Assembly: GCA_043228905.1 (NCBI GenBank)
Contig: JBHGNT010000001.1
Span: 30,628,001-30,692,000 of the forward strand
Length of the DNA: 64,000 nucleotides
From: Azolla caroliniana
Taxonomy: Eukaryota; Plantae; Polypodiophyta
Direction of reading: 5' to 3'
Shown: one piece after another, positions 1 to 11,400 of the stretch
Layout: the number at the start of each line of letters is the position of its first letter
Numbering within the stretch: position 1 is the stretch's first letter
The notes under the pieces: generated by a model
What the model was told of the DNA's origin: nothing
Databases searched by the model: none
The model's input: the letters and a program-made list of their open reading frames with translations, nothing else
Program-made: the position numbers and the translations under genes

Positions 1-1
1 T

Positions 2-1963
2 TTAGGGTGCGCCCAACATGGTCGTGGTCTCCTATGTTTTGATTTCTTTGATAGAATGGTAAAGGATGATGTTATGGCAACTAGTGTTACCATTTTGGGC
101 ATCCTAAAAGCATGTGTAACCCTTGGATCTTTGGAACATGGTAGGTTGATACATGCTCAAGTGCTTGAAAGTGGGTTCGAACAAAATATACCAATTGGAA
201 GCGCACTCGTTGATATGTATGCTAAATGTCAAAGCATCGAGGATGCAAGGAAATCATTTAATTTATTGCCAGAGAAAAATATTGTGTTATGGTGTGCAAT
301 GATGTGGGGTTATGTTGATCAGGGACAAGGGCCTGCCTCGCTTGACCTATTGGAAAAAATGCCTGAAGAAAACTTAAAACCCAATGATGTCACTTTCTTA
401 TGTGCTTTGAAAGCATGTGAATCCTGTGGATCTATTGTTCCTGTAAGATTGGTACATGAACTGATAGTGAAAAGCGGATTTGAATTAGATACTGTAATAG
501 GTAGTGCTGCCATTGACATGTATACAATCTATGGGAGTTTAAGTGACTCCCGGAAAGTATTTGATATGCTGCAGACTCGAGATGTAGTTGCATGGAGTGC
601 CATGATCACGGCATATTCTCAGCATGGTGATAGCAGTTCAGCCATAGAGCTCTTCAAGCAAATGCAAGTGCAAGGGTTAAAGCTAGACAAAATGATGGTT
701 TCTGCTGTCATAAAGGCATATGCATTACTAGGAGATTTGGTACAAGGTATGCTGATACATCATGAGTCTGTTCATGATGGGTTTGATCTTGACTGTATTG
801 TAAGAAATACACTTGTTGATATGTATGCTAAATGTGGAAGTGTTCGAGATGCAGAGCAATTGTTCATTGGTGGATTGTCTACTTGTGATATTGTATCATG
901 GGGTGTTATGATAGAAGCATATGCACAATGTGGTGATTGTCTAAATGCAGTTCAATTATTTGAAAAAATGCAACTGCATGGCATAGAGCCAAATGCGTCT
1001 ATATTTGTATCAGTTCTGAAAGCTTGTAGTAGCAGTATCCAACAAGGTATGCAAATACATGAACGAGTTATTAGATGTGGCTTTCATACAGATAAGACTG
1101 TATGTAATGCTCTTATAGATATGTATATTAAGTGTGGAAATGTGGAGCAAGCTTACAAACTATTCAACAATGTGAAAGAACCGGATGTCATATCTTGGGG
1201 TACAATGATTGTCGGCTTTGCTCAGCATGGATTGTCTTTCTCTGCACTTCATTTGTATGAAAATATGGTTGAGCAGGGCATTAAAGCAAGTGACATTATA
1301 TTGCCATGCATTTTAAAAGCATGTGGAATGGTTGGAGCTGCAGGGCAAGGTATGCATATACATGATTATGTGATCAGGTCACAACTTGAGGATGACATGG
1401 CAATTGGAAGTGCCCTTCTGGGAATGTATGCTAAATTTGGAAGGTTATTTGAGGCTCGGAAAGTTCTCGATAATTTGCCTAATAGAGATGTAAAATCATG
1501 GAATGCAATGCTTTCTGGATACATGGAACATGATGAGTGCATATTGGCAAAGAAATGCTTAGAAGGGATGCAACAAGATGGGTTGCAATCACAGAGTGTT
1601 ACTCACACTAGCATTCTTGCAGCATGTTCACACATAGGAAATGTGAAAGAAGGGTGTGAATACTTTCTAGCTATGAGCAAAGAGCAATTTTTTACTCCGA
1701 GTTTAGAGCATGTAAATTGCATGATTAATCTTCTTGCCAATGCTGGTTATTTGTATGAGGCAGAACAATTGCTTTGTACAATGCCAGTCTCAACAAGCAT
1801 TATTGGGTGGACATCACTACTCAATGCTTGCAAAATGTATGGCAGTAAGAGTTTAGGAACGCAATGCTTTGTGCAAGCGGCAGTGCATGATCCATGCATG
1901 GGTTCTAGTTACGTGATTATGTATGATATAAATTCTCATGTGCATGCCATTAATGTATATTAG
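2..1963 (+). CDS. PLS/E-class pentatricopeptide repeat protein (organellar RNA-editing factor-like), 5'-partial, intronless
   Basis: Repeated P-L-S motifs (ALVDMYAKCG, DVVAWSAMI, FVSVLKAC) and a C-terminal E-like region (PSLEHVNCMINLLANAG...WTSLLNAC). The frame is open from base 2 (LGCAQHGRG...), so the gene starts upstream of the window. No DYW domain before the stop. Confidence 0.9.
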   Translation, partial: LGCAQHGRGLLCFDFFDRMVKDDVMATSVTILGILKACVTLGSLEHGRLIHAQVLESGFEQNIPIGSALVDMYAKCQSIEDARKSFNLLPEKNIVLWCAMMWGYVDQGQGPASLDLLEKMPEENLKPNDVTFLCALKACESCGSIVPVRLVHELIVKSGFELDTVIGSAAIDMYTIYGSLSDSRKVFDMLQTRDVVAWSAMITAYSQHGDSSSAIELFKQMQVQGLKLDKMMVSAVIKAYALLGDLVQGMLIHHESVHDGFDLDCIVRNTLVDMYAKCGSVRDAEQLFIGGLSTCDIVSWGVMIEAYAQCGDCLNAVQLFEKMQLHGIEPNASIFVSVLKACSSSIQQGMQIHERVIRCGFHTDKTVCNALIDMYIKCGNVEQAYKLFNNVKEPDVISWGTMIVGFAQHGLSFSALHLYENMVEQGIKASDIILPCILKACGMVGAAGQGMHIHDYVIRSQLEDDMAIGSALLGMYAKFGRLFEARKVLDNLPNRDVKSWNAMLSGYMEHDECILAKKCLEGMQQDGLQSQSVTHTSILAACSHIGNVKEGCEYFLAMSKEQFFTPSLEHVNCMINLLANAGYLYEAEQLLCTMPVSTSIIGWTSLLNACKMYGSKSLGTQCFVQAAVHDPCMGSSYVIMYDINSHVHAINVY

Positions 1964-4160
1964 GTGGCACCATTACAATACATATCACCTTGGTGCTGAA
2001 GACAAAGACACTACTATATTCTGTTAAAGGTCAGTGAAGTGATTTTGGGTGCTTTCCTTGTAAATCATAGGTAGGGAGTCCACACCCCCAGACCTGCCAG
2101 TGGCTACGACAAATGGCAATAGACCCCCCCATCTCTCCCACAAATAAAAAGGGAAACAAAATAGCTAAGGTAAGAATGCATTTCACTATGATATTTGTGG
2201 TTCTCCTTGAGTAAACAAGATGGAGAATACATGTTTTAAATAGGTTCTTGAGTTGTGAAGATGAAGAATAACCAAAATTTATAAAAGGTTTTTCTCATAT
2301 CACATTGACAAAAGTATAACAAATGGAAAAAGGATATGCTCATACCTTTTTTCCTTTGGTCAATCAGATATATTCTAAACACTAAAAATGTTAGATTCAA
2401 AAAAATGAAGTCTCTCAGCAAGAATGAAGGAGGCATTTGCTGTCTGTAGCAGAATGTTATGTTTTACAGATCAGACCAAATGTAAGAGACATTTCTGGCA
2501 TTAGTATTGCGGGAAGGATCACGCTCTAATGCCAGAGATACTGACATTTCTCTCAACCAAAAGGATGCTAAAGTTTCTGACATTCCTGACCAATGTATTA
2601 GTCCTGGAAATTTTGGCAGTCCACCAAATTGTTGGGTTCCATCATTGTGGTTTTTTTCTCATATGCAATTTCACAATTGACAAGTTCTTATGTACAAGTT
2701 CACAAATGACAATTCTTTGATGCATATACTCTAATTTGCGTAAAAATGAGCTATTGCATAGTTCAATTAATAAAGTAGTAGAACCCTAATACGAAAAACT
2801 AGTATAAAAAGAATCTTCTTGTAGGTAAATGACTAATGATTTATATCATGATTCACTACCCTCATCCAACTCCTTGACCATGTAGTTGTCTTGGTTATTC
2901 TTCCATGTCTGTCTTGTCTCATAATGCTCAGCAAAGAAATGTTTGCTCCCTATAGAAAAACAAGAAATAACATTACAACATATAATGTTTTTAACATAAA
3001 ACGTATACTAGAAAACTAAATACTCAATGACGCTCATTCTTGGTGTGAATTGGCACTCTGACGCTTGAATGAAACTAGAATTTCCAAAATGAAAATCTTG
3101 AGATCCTTTATATGCCTTGAAGAAAATTTAAGAAAAGAATTATATATAAAATTGAAAACATTGTCAATTAGAATAATAACAAAACAAGTCTTGAAAGATG
3201 TGCGGTCACCATTCCTGATTGTGAAGTTTGTTGGCGTTGCATTTACATATGACTCCCCCCTTTTGTAACATAGTAATAGGTAGGATTGGTTTGGAATCAA
3301 TGTTTGAATGAATTTAAAAAAAGTTTTAAATTTGGAACAGGTTCAATAATTTTTATCTATACATAAGTTAAAGGCTAAAGCCAAGAAGCATACAAGATAA
3401 CCAAATATATGCTTCTTGATGGGGGTTCTAACGAGAGGATTGATTAGACAACCATCTAGGAGGAGGGGCCCCCATCTCTTTGAGAGCTCACTCACCTCAA
3501 CAACAATGATATCTACTTCTCAGTGATGCAAGTCCACAATGTGCAAGAGAAGAAGGCACGAGAAAGAAAGATATATCAATGCCTTCTAAGACCAAAATTG
3601 GCCCATGAGACAATTGGTTTACAACAAAAATGGGGTATTTACCCATTCATCGAGAGGAAAAGTTAGAATCTAAAACATTTTGTGGCGACAACAATGTGAA
3701 AAGGGAGGGCTACTTGCTTACATAGAGATACTCAAGAGCTGTTGGGAGAGTAAGGAAATGTTATTTCCGGAACGTGTCATTGTTTGGTGTTTCATATACA
3801 TTAACGTATACGGATACATATACATTAACGTATACATATACATTAACATATACGTATACGTATACGTATACATATATGTACATATACATATATTATATAA
3901 GGAAATGGGAGGCCTACTTTTGAAACTTGACCTAAGAAAGAAAATCAGTTGCGGGAAACCAAGGAGCACAAACACAAAACCAAACCAAAAAAAAAAGACC
4001 TCGACTCAAAACCCGAGCTCTTCTTCTTCATTTTCTTCTTCTTCGGCTGCTGCTGCTGATTCCAGATCCTTCGTGCACCGGGACAACGTAATTTCTGATC
4101 CAGTCTAGTTTATCGTTCTTCTGCCTGAAAATTCTAGTTCGAGATATTATCTCTGCAGAT

Positions 4161-7100
4161 ATGGCCTCCATGCTGGTAAGTCTCAAGACCCCCCCCCAAC
4201 CCAAATTCTTTTCTTCATCTTCTTCTTTCATTTTCTCATTTCTTCCGATATCCGTGCATCAAGTGCTGCATCCTATCCTTTGTTAACCCTAGATTGCAAC
4301 GAGTTCTTGTTCTGTACACTTGACCTCTAAGAACTCTCATTCATAGAACTTTCGCTTTCCTTGCGTTTTGCCTTTCTTTTGATGCCTCATGCAGCAAATT
4401 CAGTTGTTTTACTGAAGGATGTATCTTGATACTTTTTCTGAACATCTTGTCTTGCTTTTGCTTTTCTTCTGGTTGAAGAAATGAATTGGCGCATTGTGTT
4501 TGCTTCTTGCTTCTTGCAACAATCTCAGATAATTTTCCTTAACCAGCGATCTGATACAGTTTTTTGTTTGCTTTTTGCTTTTGATTTGATTTCGAATTAT
4601 GTTTTCCAGATGTAGTTGAACTTGATAAAGTTTTCCTTTCGCCATTTTGTTTTTTATAGTTTCTTGCTTCAAATTTAGATCTTCTAGCCGAAGGAGGGAA
4701 AATTGATACATGTTCCTAGTCTTTTGCCTCAGTCGTCTCTCTGAACGAGGTAACTTTAGTATTTTGCTTCTTGTGGCAACCTCAGAGTCTTTCACTGGAA
4801 GCAGAAAGTTGACTCATTTTGCCAGCTATTTGCTTCTTTTTTAAATGTTTTTCTGTTTCTCTTGGAGCAACATCTGATGATTTTGCTAAAGAAGGAACTT
4901 TCATATTTTTTCCAACCTTTTGCTTCTTACTTCTTGCAGAAACCTCAGATAAGTTTGTTGAATGTCAGAAGTTGACACACTTCCCTAGCTTTTTACTTCT
5001 TCCTTAAAGAGAATTCATATAATTTTGCTGAATGATAGACCTCAGATCATTTTCCTAAGAAAACAGCTCATACATTATCCATTTTCCTAAGAAAATGACC
5101 CTCAGATCATTTTTCTTTTTTGCTTCTTGCATCAATCTCAAATATTCTGGTGAGCAAAACAGATTCTCATCATTTTGTTTTTGTTTTATTTTTTATATGG
5201 AGGAACTCATAAACTCATGCATTAGCCTGCCATTTTCCTTCTTTCCTTCTGTATTTTAGTTATTGCAGATGTCTCCAATCATTTTGTCCCCACATACTGT
5301 CGTAACTGGACTTTAGCTTTTGTTTTCTTGTGTCTCATCTGGCAATCTCACATCATTTTGTTAAATGTTATTTTTCCTGACTTTTCGTTTCTTTTTTTTT
5401 GGTTCTTGCAGCAACCTCAGATAATTTTGCTGAAGGAAGGAACTGATACATCCCAAGGAAAGGCTCAATTGATTAGCAACATCAATGCATGCACTGCGGT
5501 GGTGGATACTGTTCGTACAACTCTTGGTCCTCGTGGTATGGACAAACTCATTCATGATGAGAAATCAACAACCATCTCTAATGATGGTGCTACTATAATG
5601 AAGCTCCTCGACATCATTCATCCTGCAGCTAAAATCCTTGTTGATATTGCTAAATCCCAGGATTCAGAGGTATTCTCCTTGTTCAAATGCATAGACTGGG
5701 ATATGTATAGTATTGGTATTTATCAATTTGTCACATAATTCAAGTGCTTTGAGAGTGCGTTCCCTGGAAGTGTTGTGTTTATGATAATTTAAGGCTTGCA
5801 ACACAGATTAAAGTTAAAATAATCACGTGGTTTGAAAAGTGACATGCCAATTAAGAATGTTATGGATTGCATTATGTTAGATTGCCTTACCATAGGTGTA
5901 GTGTCTTAGGTAGATGTCAGGACCAAAGATCAGGTATTTTACTGTGCACTGTTTTGTGCTGTTGGATTATGGAAGCTTTTGAAGTAATCTGGTCAATTAT
6001 TTTCTTCTTCTTCTTCTGAGAATCAATCATACCTTCCAAAAATGATCTCTGATTCTCTTTATAGGAATATTGATACAATGCTTTAAGATGTCTGTTCAGC
6101 AGTAATGTCAAAATTGTGTTCTTATTCAGAGCCAAAAACAATTCATCTGTTCACCTTGCAGGTAGGGGATGGCACTACTACAGTTGTGCTCTTGGCAGGT
6201 GAATTTTTGAAAGAAGCTAAGCCATTTATTGAGGAAGGTGTTCATTCACAAAATCTCATCAGGAGTTTCCGAACAGCAGCTAATCTGGTTTGTATATCAG
6301 TCATATGTTGATTTTTGATAGTGCATCATGTGTCTATAACGTTTGTTTATGCACATGACTTTACATCACTGCAGGCACTTGCCAAGATAAAAGAGCTTGC
6401 TGTTAGCATTGAAAGGAAGAGCCTAGATGAGAAAAAATCCCTATTAGAGAAATGTGCAGCTACTACACTCTCTTCAAAATTGATTGGGGGAGAAAAGGAG
6501 TTCTTTGCAAAGATGGTAGTTGATGCAGTTACTTCTCTTGGGGAAGATGATCGCTTGAACATGATTGGAATAAAGAAGGTACATGTTTAACTGTTCATTC
6601 ATATGTCTTTTTGGAGCATCTGCTTGCGTATACTAAATTAGTGGGCACTTAATAAAATAGTTATCTTAGAATAAAAAAGTTGTAAATGAATATCATTGTG
6701 CTCTGGTATTCTTTATCTTTTCTTTCTTGATCACCTGCTTGTGTATGCCAAAAAATGGACATTTATAATTTACTTACAGATATTTTATCTTAGAATGAAT
6801 TCATTGATGAGTTTATTTTCCCTTTTCAGGTTCCAGGAGGAACTATGCGTGACTCTTTCTTGGTGAAAGGTGTTGCATTCAAAAAAACATTTTCTTATGC
6901 TGGCTTTGAACAACAGAGAAAGAAATTTTCAAACCCAAAGATCCTGCTATTAAATGTAGAACTGGAGCTAAAGTCAGAGAAGGAAAATGCAGAAATCAGG
7001 TAACTTTGCTGTATTTAAACATTTAACTTAGATTGCTAATTGCTTTCCTTTCACTCTGGGGATTTTATTTACTTAATTAATCCTGTATTGAATTGAACGA

Positions 7101-9753
7101 TTAGAATGCTATATCTGATGTAAAATGCTTGCATGTATTCACACTGGGCACAATCGGAGTTCTTTGTCTCTTCAGTGATTTATATAATTGTCCTGATTAT
7201 TCCATTGTGGATTAGGTATATATTGGCAGAATTTGTAGGGTAGGAAAAACAGATTAATGTATGTGATATATCAATTGTTATGAGGCCCCATCGTACCCCT
7301 TTTGCTTATAGCATTATGCCCAAAAACACTACAGCTCTTTAGAATTTTCTAGTATTATTAAGGGTCTGTATAAAATTATAAAGTATGGGTTTTTTTTTTC
7401 TAAATGTGTACTGGTGATACTCTTCCAGATTATCAGATCCTCTACAATATCAATCTATTGTAGATGCTGAGTGGAATATAATTTATGACAAGCTGGACAA
7501 GTGTGTTAAGAGTGGAGCAAAGATTGTTTTATCTAGGCTTGCAATCGGAGATTTAGGCACCCAGGTACGTTAGAATTCTCTTTTATATGCATTTGAAACA
7601 GAGAAATCATTTGCTGTGATCATTAGCTTCCTAACAGACTTTATTGGTCACTGTATATATTGTATCTGCATGATTTTGTGGTTTTGTTTCTAAGGCACAG
7701 TAGATGTAATGATGCAAAATGATTTGGTGTCACATTGCAGCGGAAGTGTTTCAATTTCAACTTTCATGATATACCATTGATGATATTGCTAATGCAGGTC
7801 TATTTAGAAAGCTTATGCTGATAATTGGTTTAATCGGTTGAAGAATTAACAGAAACTTCTACATTCGGATTGTTAATTTGGGTCTGTGAATCAGTGACAT
7901 AAAGCTATGTAGATATATTGCAGGCTTGGGAGGATTTGCTTGCATAATATCAATAGTTATTTTATGCATTTGAGTTGCATGAAGAATGTCCTTGTGAAAA
8001 TGTATCATTTGATTGTTATATCCAACTGAATTCTTAAGATTAAGTATAATATTTACTTAGTGAATTCTAAAACTCTTAACCATTTACAATCGCAGTTGTT
8101 CCCTTTACTGAATGGTTGGATTTTTTGTATTTGGTAAATGTTGTCCAACGGAAATTCCTGGACATATTATGGCCATTCAGTTTTAGTCTAGGTTTGGTAA
8201 AACTAAGTAGCTCATTTAAAAACAATCCCAATTTGTAGTAGTTAAATAGCTCACTGTTTTAGATAACATGAATCCGGTTTTTCAGTATTTTGCAGATCGA
8301 GATGTATTCTGTGCTGGACGTGTCCCTGAAGAAGATCTTCAAAGAGTAGCCAGTGCAACTGGAGCCTCAGTGCAAACAAGTGTTAACAACATCGTTCCTG
8401 AGGTGAGGCCCGTGAAGATTTTAGCTGACAGCAAGAAATGTCAACTGCCATATTGATGTGCTTTTTGTATGCGTGTACATATAGGTTCTTGGTCAATGTG
8501 AAGTTTTTGAGGAGAGGCAGGTCGGAAACGAACGATTTAATATCTTTAGTGGTTGCCCATCTGGTGAGACAGCTACAATTGTTCTACGTGGTGGAGCAGA
8601 TCAGGTGAGGGGGGTCATGGCAAATATGGGTTATTTGCAATTTTATAATTGATAATAAAGTGATGATACGTCGTGTCAGTTCATTGAAGAGGCAGAGCGG
8701 AGCCTGCATGATGCCATCATGATTGTTAGAAGAGCAATGAAGAACTCTTCTGTTGTAGCTGGTGGTGGAGCTATTGATGTATGATTCTCCTTTGACACTT
8801 AAACAATATGCCCATAAGTAATGAAGTTCGATATACGAATGACCTCTTCTATTTCAGATGGAACTCAGCAGGTATTTGAGACAACATGCAAGAACAGTTG
8901 CTGGGAAATCTCAGCTTTTTATCAACTCCTATGCAAAGGCTTTGGAGGTGATTCCTCGTCAGCTTTGTGACAATGCTGGATTTGATGCCACTGATGTGTT
9001 GAACAAGTTGAGGCAAAAACATGCGATGCCTTCAGGTATAAAAACTATTTCATGAGCTCCTTTGGATAGTGTTAGGCTATCTTTGAAGATGCTTCTTTTG
9101 GTCTAAATGCAGCGCGTTATCGTTGTTTTAGGAGAAGGTGCTGTCTTTGGGGTGGATATAAATACTGGGGGCATCATTGACACATTCAGCAACTTTGTAT
9201 GGGAACCTTCTGTTGTCAAGGTGAGATTAAAGCTTAAATTTCTTGATGAAGTTGTCAAGGTGAATTAAAACTTGAAATTTGAGTTGTCAAAGTGATTTAA
9301 AACTTCACTTTCCCGTTTAAGTTGACAACATAATTTCAAACTTGAATTGAAGTTGTAAAGAGGTTTGAAACCTAAATTTGTTGTCAATATAGATTGAAAC
9401 TTGAATTTGGAGCTGTCAAAGTGAGTTGAAACTTGATATTATCTTGCTGGAGAGCATGAAAATTGATTTCTAACTCCATTTTGCAGCTAAATGCTATTAA
9501 TGCAGCAACTGAAGCTGCTTGCTTAATTCTCAGCGTCGATGAGACAATACGGAACCCAAAAGTGAGTCCTTATTGTTTTTAAACTTAAAATTTTTCTCTG
9601 ATGTGTAAAATGAGGAATCTGAATCAACTTTGCTTGTCTTTACATATCAAAATATAGGCTGAGAGTGCTCAAGGACAAAATGCTGCTAATGCAATGGCTG
9701 GGAGAGGTGGTGGTGGATTCAGGGGAAGAGGGCGTGGTATGCGAAGAAGATAG
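4161..9753 (+). CDS. CCT7: T-complex protein 1 subunit eta (CCT/TRiC chaperonin), 13 exons
   Basis: Microexon MASML (4161-4175, GTAAGT donor) splices to 5412 [19 protein letters not shown]; [18 protein letters not shown] and GDGTTTVV motifs; C-terminal [16 protein letters not shown]. Approximate exons 4161-4175, 5412-5669, 6162-6287, 6375-6578, 6830-6999, 7429-7564, 8286-8402, 8485-8604, 8680-8778, 8858-9035, 9132-9220, 9487-9561, 9658-9753. Confidence 0.96.
4384..5453 (+). repeat. Degenerate tandem array (>=10 copies, ~60-90 bp) of the CCT7 intron1/exon2 acceptor junction
   Basis: True junction ttcttgcag|CAACCTCAGATAATTTTGCTGAAGGAAGGAACTGATACA is echoed at ~4388, 4510, 4661, 4767, 4859, 4931, 5010, 5123, 5261 and 5335, e.g. 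4931 ttcttgcagaaacctcagataagtttgttgaa. Confidence 0.85.
9212..9440 (+). repeat. Degenerate tandem array (7 copies, ~29-39 bp) of the CCT7 exon11/intron11 donor junction
   Basis: GTTGTCAAG|gtgagattaaagcttaaatt at 9212 is repeated at 9251, 9283, 9321, 9352, 9380 and 9412. Confidence 0.88.
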
Positions 9754-10199
9754 ATGAAAATTTTAATGCATCATTAACCAGAATATAGCTCAGCACATGT
9801 GAACACCTGTATTTTTTTGGTTTATGTGATGATGGTGATAGCATGTGGTATAACTTAAAAGCTTCAGTTCTGGGGCCAATTCGCTCAACCAATTTTCTCT
9901 TAGGGTTGACGTTGGTATAACATTGAGGTGATTATATTACTTGGTTAAATTTGATTGATTGGATATGTTTTTATTAATCTACAACATCTGATTTTCTTGG
10001 CTACAATTGTCTACATAATCCCCTGGGTGCATTTATTTCTTTGATTTTGCACTTAATGGAATTTCCAGAGATTTAACCGTCTTTTGGTTTGTACATGTTA
10101 ATATGTTTTTATTAATTAGTCACTAACTTCGTTAATTCATTTTCAAGCATTAATGCATATGAAATCATGGATTCAGTAACTATGCCTGCAAATAATCAG

Positions 10200-10900
10200 G
10201 CCGATATTAAATATGAATGTGAAAGGGATTACTGAGTCTAATTATAATAAACGGATTATTTATTTATTTATAGGTTGACCTTATAGAAATGAGTGATTTC
10301 CAATGGTGTGGAAATGTTATTTAAAAAACACCAGCTTCAAATGATATATGATTTTTTCTCATTTTGAAACAATAGGTGTGTAAACTCAATAGGTGTGTAA
10401 ACTCGCTTGAGAAAGAACTAAGCAAGGTAGGAAATTTTTGCAAAAGCTACTCTTTGAGAAATACCCATCTAATAACAGTTATTATTATTATCTAATTGTG
10501 TATGATATATAACATTATTTGTGTGTTAATGAGATTAGTTTGGTATGTGATTGAATAGAAGGATGTATTAATCTGAATGAGAGAACACCAGAGCAAAATC
10601 TTTTTCTAGATTGATGACCTCTTTTTGTGACACTATAGGTTGATACACATAATGATAATGATAAGCTAGCAAAGCAAATTCCTTATGGTGATGTTCATTT
10701 ATTTTTTAAGGCAATGATGTCATCAAGAGAGGGAGGATGCTATGAGTATATATATATTATGCACAATGAGTCAGAAGCTTGTTAGTCAGTGGACTTCGTG
10801 TAAGTAGGATGGTTCTCCTTGCATGTTCTCAAATCCCTCTTAATGATGCTCCATCCCTTGGGGGGCATTGGGAGGAACATAGCTTCATTGAATGTTTACG
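10200..10900 (+). mobile_element. Highly decayed non-LTR retrotransposon (LINE) RT fragment
   Basis: Ordered remnants: acaataggtgtg (TIGV, from the STIGVKQG motif) near 10370 and ttttgtgacactataggt (FCDTIG) near 10623. Many stops and frameshifts; boundaries approximate. Confidence 0.35.
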
Positions 10901-11400
10901 ACTTTGATTTTGACAGATGAGTAGGACCTTGGGAGGAGAGTTGATTGTATTCGTGGAAACAATGTAGCTACTAGTTGGTACATTCAATGTTTGGGGAAAC
11001 CTAACTCACCGAGTTTTGTTTTTGTTTATTGATTGATGGTGTGTTTTCCTTTCCAGGTGAATAGAAATTTATATATTTTTCGGGGGGGTTTTTGTTCCCC
11101 TATGAAAGGGTAAAAATATGGAAGTGGCGTCGAGCACTGTTTCAATTGTCTTGGTAGCAACAATTTTGTTATAGAGTAGAGAAGAAGAAGAATAAAGGAG
11201 GGCTTCAATATATTGAATGTGCACAACAAACACATGGCAAAGAAGAAGGCATTGTTGTATGTATGTATGTACCTGATGAATCGATGATAAAGAGAAGATA
11301 GAACTCAATTCATTCTCTGTTTTCTCTATGGAACTGTGAACACATACACACACGCGCGCGCGCACATTCACTTTCATTCTCTCTTGCTCTCTATAAACTC

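Noticed and set aside
1-7. TTTAGGG telomere-like heptamer at the window start
   Set aside because: Single copy inside the open PPR reading frame; coincidental.
3680-4108. 142-aa ORF and its antisense ORF with YIY/MYT repeats
   Set aside because: Translation of an AT-rich (TATACG/TACATTAAC) simple repeat in the CCT7 promoter and 5' UTR; no coding signature.
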